Assembly: GCA_040954595.2 (NCBI GenBank)
Contig: CM082578.2
Location: 16,228,998 to 16,292,997, forward strand
Length of the DNA stretch: 64,000 nt
From: Balanoglossus misakiensis
Lineage: Eukaryota; Animalia; Hemichordata
Direction of reading: 5' to 3'
The first letter of the stretch is position 1; each line of letters begins with the position of its first letter. A program made the position numbers and the translations under genes. Shown here in pieces: positions 51,850 to 63,825 of this stretch. A model generated the notes under the pieces. It had not been told where the DNA came from, ran no database searches, and saw only the letters and a program-made list of their open reading frames with translations.

Positions 51850-53498
51850 ATGGCGTCATCATCATTAGACATCATTTTGAGTGTCCAAAACGTGGGCTTT
51901 GAACCTCACACGGTGACAGTATATCCGGGTGCTTCCATCAAATTTTCCCTGCAGCCCTTTCTACAAAAGTACGGGCTTCGACACGACGAGCTGACTGTTT
52001 ATGACACGACGAGAAAAATGGGCGTGGACTGGGACGAGACGGTGGACGGTTTGCTGGCCAGCACCATACTTATAAGCGACAAGATGCCGCTGTCTCCGCT
52101 TGCCAAGACTACCCCGAATCCTTTTCCGCACGCGACCACGATGCCTTCACCGTCTGCGACATCGACGGGTCGCCGCGCTTCCGACGCCGTCCCAACGGTG
52201 CCGTTTCGCGGCGGCAAGAGCGACAGTCCCGCCATGGTACCATACGAGGGTCGGAAGAACCGATCCCATTCTCTGCCCGGCGTCCTTCTGAGTGAGATGC
52301 CAGATCGTCCGCTTCCTCCCCCACCTCTTGCTGAAGACGTGATGACACATGGCTCGAAAGCAGGTCTTATGGATGTCTCGAAGTTGCACTGTTACCATGG
52401 TACCCTGACGACAAATGAGGCGAGAATTCACTGCTTTTTCCTCGGCATTTTAATCAAAATTCTCACTATTGCGAAATAATTATATTTTTATTTTGCTTAT
52501 CGTATTCGCAGGAAGCCGCGATTTTTTGCATATTAATCAACCACCCGTAATTTTTTTATTGACAGGTTGAGAGATTGTTAAAGGGGCGTCCTCCGTTTTC
52601 TTTTCTAGTCAGAGACAGCGTTACCCGACCGGGTAATTTCACAGTATCGGCCACGTAAGTTAAATTATCATCCTCTATCTCTATTCGAGTGAGCGTTCAT
52701 GTCACATCTTGGCAAACACACGATGTAAGTTTTGAATCTTGTCTCCCAGATAACATAATGGCATCGTTTGGAAGGTTAAAATTTCAACATATTGTGCCAC
52801 TTTTGGTTATTTTTTTCAGGTACCACGATAACAACATATTTCACTTTCGCGTCAATAATGAAGGCGACAAGTATTTTGTCACCGAGTTTCGAAAGTTTTC
52901 CAATATAGTGGCGCTCTTGAGGTATTTTCAAAATCACCCCATTCCTGGACAGGCTGTCCAAGATCTACGACTGTTACACCCGATTCCAAGACTGCAGACG
53001 GGAAAATCCGAGGCTGACAGGGGATACACCCATTTCATAAAGAAGGAAGAGTTGGGCCCAGTACGTTACCTGTCAACGACGTCGAATGCAAGCCAAGAAT
53101 ACCTGGAGAACCTTAAACAAAACTTGCCGGCACGCGCCAGCAGGCCACCGGCTCCTCTGCCTCAAGGAGCCGCGGCTATTGTCGGATCGAAGGGGGTGTA
53201 CTCCTCGCCGATCGAAGAAGAAAAGAGTCGGCTGCCGGAGCTGATTGAAGCGTTGGCGGTTCACGAGTACGGGGGTGAAAGCGCCCGCCGTTGCGTCTGT
53301 GGTCTTCTTGTGCACGAAGCGACTCTTATCGATGGCTGGACCATGCACCTAAGCAATGACCCCGCGACGAGCGGACAAGTCTATTTTGCGCGAGGTGATG
53401 AAGTGGTCTGGGACTTGCCAGAGAAAACGATGACCCAACTTGATAAAGTCTGTCCACAGAAAGCAAATGAGGTTCGTAAACGTTTGCTAAGCGACTGA
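51850..53498 (+). CDS. Adaptor protein: Raf-like Ras-binding domain, Pro-rich linker, SH2, WW-like C-terminal domain (~445 aa)
   Basis: Exons 51850-52419 (GC donor), 52566-52654, 52820-53498. RBD-like TVTVYPGASIKFSLQPFLQKYGL...VYD...VDWDETVDGL; SH2 CYHGTLTTNE|VERLL...FLVRDS...FTVSAT|YHD..IFHFRV...YFV...KFSNIVALLRYF...LLHPI; WW-like LIDGWTMHLS...GQVYF...VVWDLP. Confidence 0.85.
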
Positions 53499-54644
53499 GG
53501 CCTGAATCCACAATTTCCAAAGACGACTACTATTTTTATCGGAACGGCGTATATTTCATCAAACATGTATAATCAAGGGTAATAGTCTAGGTATACACAA
53601 ATGTACCATCTTCATTATGCCCGAGTACCCACACCGGGACAAATTTTCAAATGGTTGATACATGTAACATTACAGTTACTATGGTATCTTGTATAGATTG
53701 ACTCTATTCAACTCTACAAGTTCTCACTAGGACGGACAACAAACACTACGTTGGGGGGGGGGGCAATTTAGTGAACGTATAGTAAAAATTGACCTGCTGT
53801 CCGACATCACTGCAAGTAGATGATTGATAAAGATGATGAAAAGGCAATGTGCAGAAAATGCATAGATCAGATGCAGAACACGTAAATGCATTGCAGAGGA
53901 AATCCTTCGCGAAGTAAATCATATTTTACACAACTGGTATAGTATGCGACCCAGAAAGAATCGCGGTATGTATTTGTTTGTATTAATAACAGTTTATTGA
54001 GGAATGTTGTTTCATAGAACTCGTTCCAATGATGGAACAGACAAAATAAAGGACATGTAGTTTTAATTGGGACTTCCTTGGGTGAGTGGATTCATTTTAT
54101 ACCTACAAAACGTCGCATTCCGTAAATTCCAAAATGGTTATAGTGATAAAATATATTTCCTTGACTAAACTTGGTCTTTGCAACAAAAATAATCACAGAT
54201 TTAATTTTCGTTGCAAATTTAACCTATTATTGCTATAATTGTACTTGTGCACGTGACACACACTGCAACAGTTGACCTGCAACTGTACAGTACTTGTTAG
54301 TGTTGCTGTGTCGAGCAACGGAGATATCGTTTGTGAACAAGGAAGTGTCACAAATTTTGCTCTTCTACGGTTTAATCGCAAATAATGATTTCTCAAATTC
54401 CCCCAGATCCCGAGAGTATATTATGCGTATAAAACTCTCACCAGGAGATAAAAAGCGTACGCGTATTGTTGTTGTTGTTTTTGTTGTTTGTGCATAATCC
54501 TTCCTCTGATGGAAGGATTGTGGTTTTTGCTACATTCAACCCATGCTATAACAACTTATGTATTATGCGAACAATGACAATTAAAACAGCTCAATTAACA
54601 CAAAGGAATATTCGAACAACTGTACACAGTTTAAAAAACAACAT

Positions 54645-57173
54645 TCAGTAGCCAAGTCTGGGATCGACAGGTATTGGTTTTCGTAAACGAATATGACTTC
54701 TTCGTTCCGGCACTGCTGGCGCTGTCGGGTCTGTCGTTGCGGTATCGCTCCTTGGACTGCTTTTGGTAACTACGTCGGTGAATCGATAAACTTCGACCAA
54801 GTCTTCCAGAGTTCGAAATTTGTAGTCGTCTTTACATATGTATATTTTCCCACCGTCTTCTTGGAAAAGACAGAAGTGTTTTAACTTTCTCTGGAATCTG
54901 CGAAGACAAAAATGTCAGACTAGTTTTTTTCTTAGTTGCTTCTCGTACTTTTCCGCACTGGTCTCACTCACCGACACGTCCAAGCGGGGGTGGCCGTGGA
55001 CTCCTTTTCAACATTCTCTCAGCCGAAAAAAATAGACAATGTATCTATATGCCCTCATATCGGAGATTTGAAACACCTATATATTATGCTGCAGAACATG
55101 GGTTATACTCACGTGACGGTGATGAGGATTTTGCCTTGGAAAGGATGAATAAGATACCAGCCATCTTGGCGAATGTAGGGTTTGACGACTTTCTCAATCT
55201 GTTACGAGTAAAAAAATAACAACAATACCGTCATAGACTGTACGAGTCATCCAGATATCTTTTTTTTTATCAAAACGCTGCCCTATTGTCTGGGAAATAA
55301 CCAAAGTGGGACGGGTTTGCAAAGGCATTTCCTTCGAAACTCCACACTTTCTATGATCACTTCTTGAACACTGCAACGCAAAATTGGCTGTTAGCCTAAT
55401 TGCGTTGGTATCACGTTTGAAAACGAGCACACACACGAGTCTCATAATGTACCATTGTAGTTAAATTAATAATATAGGCCTATACCTCGGTAGCATCGGG
55501 AGGGAGGTTTGGGTGCCAGGCAGGGTTATCGACACACATGTCAACCAGGGGTCTCCACGATGATTGCCACTCGTCGAGAGGGGCGCTCATGGCCTCGGCG
55601 ATAGCTGGTGAATAGCCTGAGTCATCGCGCAAATAGGAATATGTACTGGCTAAACTTTCTTGGTCGTCAAACCTACGGGCAGTGATTTCGGTACTCGATG
55701 GCGCTGTTGTCTTTTCGTCATGGCGTTCTGGGGTGATCCCCCCAGGAGAACTTGGAGATGGGCAGACGATAGGAATCGTTTGGCACTCTTCCTTCTGTGC
55801 ACGCGCTTGCCTTGAAGACGAACCCCGGGCATGCGTTTTGCTCGGCATATGAAGCTCGCTGAACGAACTGTCTTGGGAGCAGCGCCTGTTGCAGTCTGCG
55901 CAAACCAGGATGCCGTTCCCGCCTTCGTGCGGGGATGCCAGCAGCGGATTCGGGGCGCCCTGCACCGTGCCTATGTTGCAGCCCTCAAAGGTGAAGTAGT
56001 GCTTCATGATTACCGTTGAGGGCGTGGACGGCGACGGTGACGACGGCAACGAGTTCGTCGTCGACGCCTGTACTGGCGGCTTGGATGACGACTCAGCCGA
56101 CGAGGTGGACGACGAGTCGTCCTCCGAACTGTACAAATGATGAAGTTGGTCAAGTTTACGAAAGTCTCTTGTGGCCAAAACAAGTTCGCGACCCTGTTGA
56201 AAGGTAACAGCGAAACAATTACTAGTACAGTCTTCTTCAACAGTTTTTTCACTTCCTTTTTCTTGACACTTTACATCAAGATCACCTTGCACAAGAACAC
56301 TATTTGGTAACTTCACCGAATATTCAACTTACTTTGAGATCCAATGTATCTGTCGACCAGTCCAAATCAAATCCGGAGTTTCTAGGACTAATGAATACGA
56401 TGTCTTCTTGTTCGAGGTTGTGTTCCTTTAAGTAAGTTGCAAGAACTTCTGCCAAAATGGAGTCCTTTGATGAGTGCACCGCGAAATCGTGAGTGCCCTC
56501 TCCCGTCCAAATTTGAACCTCAAGTTGAAATTCCCCTGCAAGTAGAGAGACACTTTTTGTTCCATCAGCTGCAAATATATTATTCGCTTTGCATATTCAA
56601 GGTTTTGGAAAATTATTAATCTCGTTTTGGGCGCTTCAGTGACCTGATCATTGTTGACTGGAAGACCACTGCCGTGAACGCGAGTTGTCTGTTTTTATTC
56701 AACAACTGAAATAAAAGCCTTCACTGCACCGTAATGTACACGAAGCCATGAGGTCGATGGGTCAGTAGGCTTGGCCAGATCATTGGACTTGACAAATATG
56801 GATTCTACTTCATTGACTACTCACCCTTTATGGCTTCTTCAAGCATCATAAGCACGTCCAGCCTCTCAAGTTCCTTCAGTTTTTCCCTCATTACCCGGAA
56901 AGTTGCTCCCTCCATTTTCCCCCAGCGGAGAAACATCTGGTAAACTGGATTGACCCCATTAATGCTTCCGCTTGATCTTTCAAATTCGTCGATTTCATCG
57001 CGAGAAAATCCCAACTTGTCGGCGAGATTCTGCCACCGATAGAAAAGCGTATCTGCCCAGAGGATGTTGGATAGCTCGGTCAGCCAGCAGTCGCCGATGC
57101 TCAGAAACGATTCACTGAGTCGGAAGGCGCCCAGCATTGCTGAGCGACGTTTGTTGCGTCGTGCTAACAGCAT
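54645..57173 (-). CDS. Adaptor protein: Death domain, Raf-like RBD, Ser-rich linker, degenerate SH2 (~532 aa)
   Basis: Exons 57173-56825, 56535-56333, 56193-55486, 55198-55113, 54897-54645; GT-AG sites and phases are consistent (1599 nt). Death domain WQNLADKLGFSRDEIDEF...NPVYQMFLRW...ATF..MREKLKELERLDV; RBD-like SILAEVLATYLKEHNL...LDWSTDTLDLK|GRELVL; SH2-like PAWHPNL..DATE|IEKVV...DGWYLIH...ITVT|FQRKLKHF...KIYI...FRTLEDLVEVY...LRKPIP. Confidence 0.8.
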
Positions 57174-58167
57174 GGTTTACGTGTTATCGTCAGAAACGTC
57201 CCCTTTTCATCCTGCACAAGTTGGTGCGAATCACGACCAAGTGTAAACTACTTTCACGGATAAATGCGACGGATACACTTTAAGTTTAAGTTGCGCAGCT
57301 CAAATAATCCTGACAAGTAGACGCGACTCACGGCTGTTGGTATGTCTGCGTGTTTACGCGAAAGTGTCCAACTCAACCCGGAAACATGACCCTTTGCTCT
57401 GGTAGAACGCTGCGGAAACTTGATGACACGCCCGCTGATGCATACACATGCAAAGTGGACGGGAAGGTGCAGGTGAAAAGCTATTGGCAGCTCAATATAA
57501 ATGGCTCATTCTTCCCAGATGGCAGCAGTCTGCTAAAGAAAGGGCCCGGCAACCTTGGCACCGGCACGAAAGCCATGTGGTCTTTAAATACTGGTGTGTT
57601 TTCACGTAATTCGACTGAGCCTACTTCACAAAGACAAACTTTTATATTTTTTGTATTCGCGCTCATGAAGTTTAAAAATAAATGGTAATGATAATTCATT
57701 AGATAACCTTTGTCGTAATTATTGAGACCATCTAAACGACACCATTGTACATGTTGTACCAGTCCTGGTATGCGTTTCCCAGCATGCACGCCCTCACCGG
57801 CAAAAAGTTAATAATACTCGATCCAAGGCGATAACGAGGCTGTTTCAAGATGGTGGACACTGCGTTGAATGACTGGCCGTAACGAATAACGTGATTCGTT
57901 TATCGATATTTTTTACTAACACGATTCCTGTGTGTTTCTGATTGTAATAAAACTTTTGCAAAGGTTAATTTAAATTCATAAGCTCTTTTATTACTATGAT
58001 TTCGGTCATAGGTAGTTTTTAGTGTCAAACACACGGGATAGACGGTGGTGCTCGTCAGTGGCATTAGCCAATCAGGAACACTGTATCATACTTTGTGAAA
58101 GAAGAAAGGCTGTGGATGCCGATTTCGACCATATTGATTTGCTGAAAACGCCTCAAAACATACCAAA

Positions 58168-61100
58168 ATGTTGTACTTAGAAGACTATTTGGAAAGTAAG
58201 TGTGTGTTTCCTGACATCCATACAACATTGAAAGATCCTTGTTTTGTACTAGGTGGTTGTTTAGTCCCAAATACTGATTGTAACTGCCGTATTCCTATAT
58301 CTTTTCACAGTGATCGAACAGCTGCCGATGGATCTCCGAGAGAGGTTCACGGAAATACGCGAAATGGATTTGCAAGTCCAAAGTAAGGATTTCATGCCCG
58401 TTTGTCGATTTTGCGTTCTTTTCATTGTATTCTCTTTTGCCTTTACTGTAAAAAATGAATTTGCCTTACAGATGCAATGGACAACTTGGACGAGCGAGTG
58501 AAGAATTTCTTCAACAACGGTAAGAAAATGAAACCAGAACAGCGAGACCAGGAATACGAGAAAATTAGAAAAGTGAGTATCACTTCATTGTCTCTCAAAA
58601 TTATATTGGCATTGTTAAACGCATTTTTCTTTATATTAGGATATGCACTGACGTTATTTCATCATCACCTCCCTACTTCTTTTTCTTAGGACTATTACAA
58701 AGCGCTTGAAGATGCCGACGAAAAAGTACAACTTGCAAACCAAATCTATGACTTGGTAAGACAATTTGCATAATATATGCAGCGTACATTATATTATATT
58801 GTTTGGCCTTGAAGTGAAAGATAAATTAAAGCTGCAATGTCCTAAAAAATGAAATTAGAGCTTTTTTGACGATTTGAATCTGTAGTTAATGTAAGGGGGA
58901 AAATTTGATGAATTCCCACTTTTATTAAGTTTAATTTAAAGTAAAAGATTATTCATGCATATTAAAGGTATACGGTCACCTCCAATTTACATATCGCCAT
59001 ATATAGTTGAAATGGCGTATTTGGGTGTTCTAAAGAACACTTTATTTTCGCGTGTGCCACCCACTGAAAATCCGTGATTGGTTAGATCTCAATTTACCAT
59101 GGTAACTGTGGCTAAATTTGTATAGGTGACCGTATACCTTTAACAATACATGGTAGCTTATTAAAGCCCCTGTTGCAACATATGTGATTGTCTGCATGTT
59201 GTACACATAGCTGAGTTTGCCTGAATGATGTCATCAAATATACAAAAGTCTTTGCACTATGTTCTACTTCTCTTTCAGGTTGATAGACATCTTCGTAAAC
59301 TTGACCAAGAGCTTAACAAATTCAAAATGGAACTAGAAGCCGACAATGCAGGTGTTACTGAAATACTAGAAAGAAGTAAGTTACTGTTTTCCAAGAGTCA
59401 GTTTAAATACATTATGAAAAAAAAAATCACTAACACAAAAGTATTTGTATTCAGTGGTCATCCTTGGGCACCTGCATTAGTATTGGGTCTGATAATACCA
59501 TGTCTACAACCACTTCTTTGTAACACCATGTTTTGTTGTGAATTTCCTCTGTGTGTGTACTGAAGGAAATAGTGAGTTGATGGAACAGAACATTCTAATA
59601 TGTGAAGCAACTTGTGAATATCTGTAGTTGATTGCATGATACATGTGGCAGTGGGGATTTTCTTCGTTGACACAGTTGTAAATTTTTTGATTGATTTTCA
59701 TTCATTTCGGTTAGGATCACTAGAGCTTGACGCCCCTGTGCAACAGAATCATCATCACAGAGAAAGTAAGTGTAACTGATTTTTGATACAGAAATGTTTT
59801 AATTCTTGTCACAGTGCTGAAACCATCAATAATCACAAGTTCACACCTGGAGCAAATGTACTCTTTGAGTAAATTTCATTTGACTATCATTGTTGAATTT
59901 AATCCAACCTGTGTAAAACTATGCTCTGGCAAAGTGACACAGTGATGAGAACATTTTACACGTTTGTCTTCACCTACAGAAAGGAAATACACTGCCATTG
60001 AAAACCACATAGAGAAGAAAGCCAAACCAGAGAAAGTGTTGTCCACCTTTGCCAGTGAAGCCGCCCAAGAAGCCACCGGTTACAGCAGCAGCAGTTCGAC
60101 GCCGCCAGCTGCTGCAGTGATACAGGCGACCAGTACCACAGATAGCGCAAGCACGGCTCAGACATCGTTGTCTTACAGACTGGGACAGATGGGTGCTGGA
60201 ACAAACGCCATTGCTCTTGCAGCAGCACAGGCGGTGTCAAATACATTACAGGTAAGTGTATATTACCTGCCCAGTCGACGCCCTTGAAGTTAGGGACTCT
60301 CTAAAGTACAAGTCCGCATATATTATACATCAAAGCATTTAGATGCACCTGCTGACTTTTTAGAGAAAGTGTTTGTCACATGAATCCTATAAAAATTTTA
60401 AATGTTCATCATGAAAGATCTTGAATCCAGTTGGAATTCTAGAAAGACATGTTTGCTAATTTCTCACAACAAATTTTTTTTTAATTTTCATTTCAGATGC
60501 AACAAGGGCGAAGGACAGCCAGTATACGAGCAACGTACGATGCTCTACGAAGCGGCGCTGATTTGTCGCAAATGTCCGGTTACACAGGGACGTACAGCGC
60601 CCCCACATCTACCACTGCCTCTCCTGCTGTTGCTGCGGACACCAAATCTACAGATTCAAGGTCACAGAGAAGTAATAAAAAGTGAGTACACTGCCAACTC
60701 CTGGGTTCAACGCTCTTGCAAAATCCTGGAGCTTTACAGGGGCAAAAGTTGCTCACTTTGGGTTTTATTTTGATTATTTTAGTTTCTCTTTGACATTATT
60801 TATTTTCAGTGAAACATGCTACACGACAAGCTCAACTAGTGCCCTGTATGTTGGCTTACCCATGTCACTCCAGACTGTGGCATAACTCATGAATACTTCG
60901 ATCATTTATTTTTTGGTCAGTACCAAAAATTGTGTTGTACTGGTATTCACATGTTATGCTCCTGTATTACATTTGGCAGATTTTAACCCAAGTAAAAAGT
61001 CAAATTCATCATACAGTATACTATCATTCTGATTCTTCCAGACAAACTTCAAGAAGTAGTACAGCATCATACAAGACGGAACCAGCACCACCACCACCTG

Positions 61101-61702
61101 AGGTTGTCCCAGAAGCGGTTGTGGAAAGTGCAGCTGTAGAACCAGATTGGACGTTTGATCCCAATGAACCAAGATACTGTGTCTGTAATCAAGTCTCCTA
61201 TGGAGAAATGGTTGGCTGTGACAATGACGATGTAAGTAAATTGTGTGTGTGTCTTTAGCTGTCTGTTTGGGGATTATGATAAATTTGGTTTGTGGAGTGA
61301 ATTTTTGGGTGTGTGACAGTAATGATGTCAGAAAATTTGTATGTATCAGTGTGTTTTGGTATCAGTGTGTAAAGTGTCAGTTTGCCCCATCTTGTAAAAA
61401 GGTCTTATACATGTGTTGTATCATCAGTGTACGCTGCATACTTATCTGGACAGGTGCATATAGTATCTGGGATGTCAATGTTGTCTTCTGGATCTTCATG
61501 ACTTCTGGATCTTCATGTAATACAATATACTGCCATTTCTCCACCATGGTAATATCAATAAGTTCCTCCTTATCCCATCTTCCAGTGTCCCAATGGAGAA
61601 TGGTTCCACTACGGCTGTGTCGGACTATCAGAAGCGCCCAAGGGTAAATGGTATTGTCCACAATGCACAGCAGCCATGAGAAGAAGAGGCAGGAAATTAT
61701 GA
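58168..61702 (+). CDS. ING3: Inhibitor of growth protein 3 (PHD finger, NuA4/Tip60 subunit)
   Basis: Exons 58168-58195, 58311-58382, 58472-58572, 58690-58755, 59279-59375, 59715-59765, 59980-60251, 60497-60681, 61042-61231, 61586-61702. [33 protein letters not shown]..., [29 protein letters not shown] and [33 protein letters not shown]...WFHYGCVGL...[10 protein letters not shown]. Confidence 0.97.
58966..59139. mobile_element. Kolobok-like MITE in ING3 intron 4 (TTAA TSD)
   Basis: ttaa|AGGTATACGGTCACCT ... AGGTGACCGTATACCT|ttaa: 16-bp perfect TIR, 174 bp long. Confidence 0.9.
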
Positions 61703-62938
61703 TTTGTGTGAAGAAGACTTTTGCCAACCAGGCAACACAGAGTTGTCTTATTTCATGATGGATTTGTGACCTTGGTGTTCATTTCAACCGCAAGTGAAGG
61801 ATCTACAAGCAGATTTCCTCACTTGTGAAAAGGGTCGGGCTGTTGACTCCATGCCTCTTTTTTTGAAGTTGGACAACTGTAGCCCACCGACAAATATGTG
61901 AAACCATTAACTTGTAAAGCTGCAAAAAAGTTTCTTGTAGAAAGGCTACCTCATGTAGATGTTGCCAAATATGCCAAATTCAGATATGTCTTGATGTGTG
62001 CCTGCTTTCACAAGCAGCTTGCATTGCACACATGTTGCTTCAGTGATCTAGCAATGATAGCAATGCTGGAGTGGGTTTTCAGGATTGGGGTTTTTATCAC
62101 CGCGCATCCATTGCCCAATAGAAGTCTGTTGGTGTTTATGAAAATATAAAGCACTCTTCTATCTATATACATGTATACAAATGTAAGCACCAACTTAATT
62201 TAACTAATTGTTTATAAAACTAATATCCAGTCGGCCACTTGCTTTTTCAAGAACAGAGCAATTCTTTGGTCATTTTACACATCAAAGTGTGTCTTCCATG
62301 ATTTCTTAGTTACCTTTCTGTTACATTTGTAGTAAGACATTGTACAAGATGTTCTTACATCTATATCAATCAGAGTAATAACTCTGTGGGGACTGTCATC
62401 ATCAATGACTTTTCCCAGTGTACCGGTACTTGTGTGTTTGTTGCGTAAGTTGATTATTTTGTACTCGTCAACAGATGCAACCGTGTTTACGCAAAGTTGG
62501 GTGCCAGAATTTCATTTCTGACAGGTTACTGTTGAAATTCACGCCTTCATACAGCGTCTTATGAAAAACTTCATTCCACCAAAGTTTGACACTTTACACA
62601 ACATCCTCATTTAGTTGCTCATAAATGCAAAAAGATTAACCTTCGTGCCTTTAATTTTCTCACACACGTCGTGTAACGCGTTCTGTGCACCTCAGAAGAC
62701 TTTTTGTCGCCAAGCAGCGCATACATATTAGATTTAGAAAAACGGGTGTCCTGTAGTTACAGTGCATCAGTAGTTGTTACATCATGGTCAGAATACTTTT
62801 TTGTTGCTTTACTGGGACAAGTGCTGGTCACTTCAAACCCTCGTTTCATTATGCAGAACACTTTACAAGTTTTGGAGTGTTTCAAATATGGGTAAGAAAC
62901 TTTATTGTTTAATTGTTGTAAATATGAAGTATAGCTCA

Positions 62939-63825
62939 TTAAAAGCACAAACTGGCAAGGTGTTTGCCGAGTGATGTGCATTGATGATGAATACCCGACT
63001 GTTTTGGAGACTGTTGGCAGAGTATAGGTAGAATGGTTAAATGTATATAGATTTGGATCACAGAGAGTTTTGATAATAGCCGTCCATATAAATGATAGCA
63101 TGTGAGAAAAGGAGGTGAACACTTTCACCAACCTGACTGCCTGCTCTGATGAGGGAGTTAGTGACAGTCTTACAAGAATATGTATTGGCAACTTTCATTT
63201 TCCCCAGCAATGACTGTTCAGGAATTCTCACCATCTTCGGAAATACAGTGTCTAGAATACATTAACTAATATTTGGTAGAGTAGATAATGCTGGATGTGC
63301 ATGAGCTTGTATCAATGCTCTATAGTTCTGCTTAAAGGGTCAAAGGTCAAATGGACCTCTATACCGGTATGTACAAAACTGGTACATTTGTGTGTTTCAG
63401 CAAATATGTGTTGCCTTTCCATTATGATATATAGGTAAATGTCGGTAGCAAGACAGATAAAACAAGTCTGCTTGAGAAATTTCACCTGTGAGAATGAGTA
63501 TGTAAAACAAGAATCGTGTGGTGTATGCAGTGGGGCATCTGTCCACAGTTTAGGCACATGGTAGAGTATCACACGCCCGGTTACTGCAAACAGGGCCATA
63601 AGTACAGCATCTGCAATGAAGGAATGTAACAAGACCCCTAAGTTAGGATGTCCGGGAACAAAAGGCAAAAATTCAGCCAATTGCTGGAAATTGTTTGCAA
63701 TGGCTATGCATTATGTAAATGATGAGCAGCCTTCATGGAATCAGGCAACTGGAATAGCATAGTCTGTACGAAACTTACCTTACTTGTATATGGAAGTTGG
63801 TCTTCTGATTTTAAACTGTATGTAA
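62939..63825 (-). CDS. 3' exons of an unidentified gene entering from the right edge
   Basis: Candidate exons: one ending at a gtaagt donor near 63778 (LKSEDQLPYTSK), 63683-63486 (QLAEFLPFVPGHPNLGVLLHSF...), ~63251-63172 and a last exon from ~63010 (...HLASLCF*). One phase junction could not be reconciled and no family was recognised. Confidence 0.35.

Noticed and set aside
55480-55495. C-terminal PDZ-binding motif ...ATEV* at the end of the 278-aa ORF
   Set aside because: The Val and stop codons are the intron start (GAG|gtatag); the protein continues into the SH2 exons at 55198-55113 and 54897-54645.
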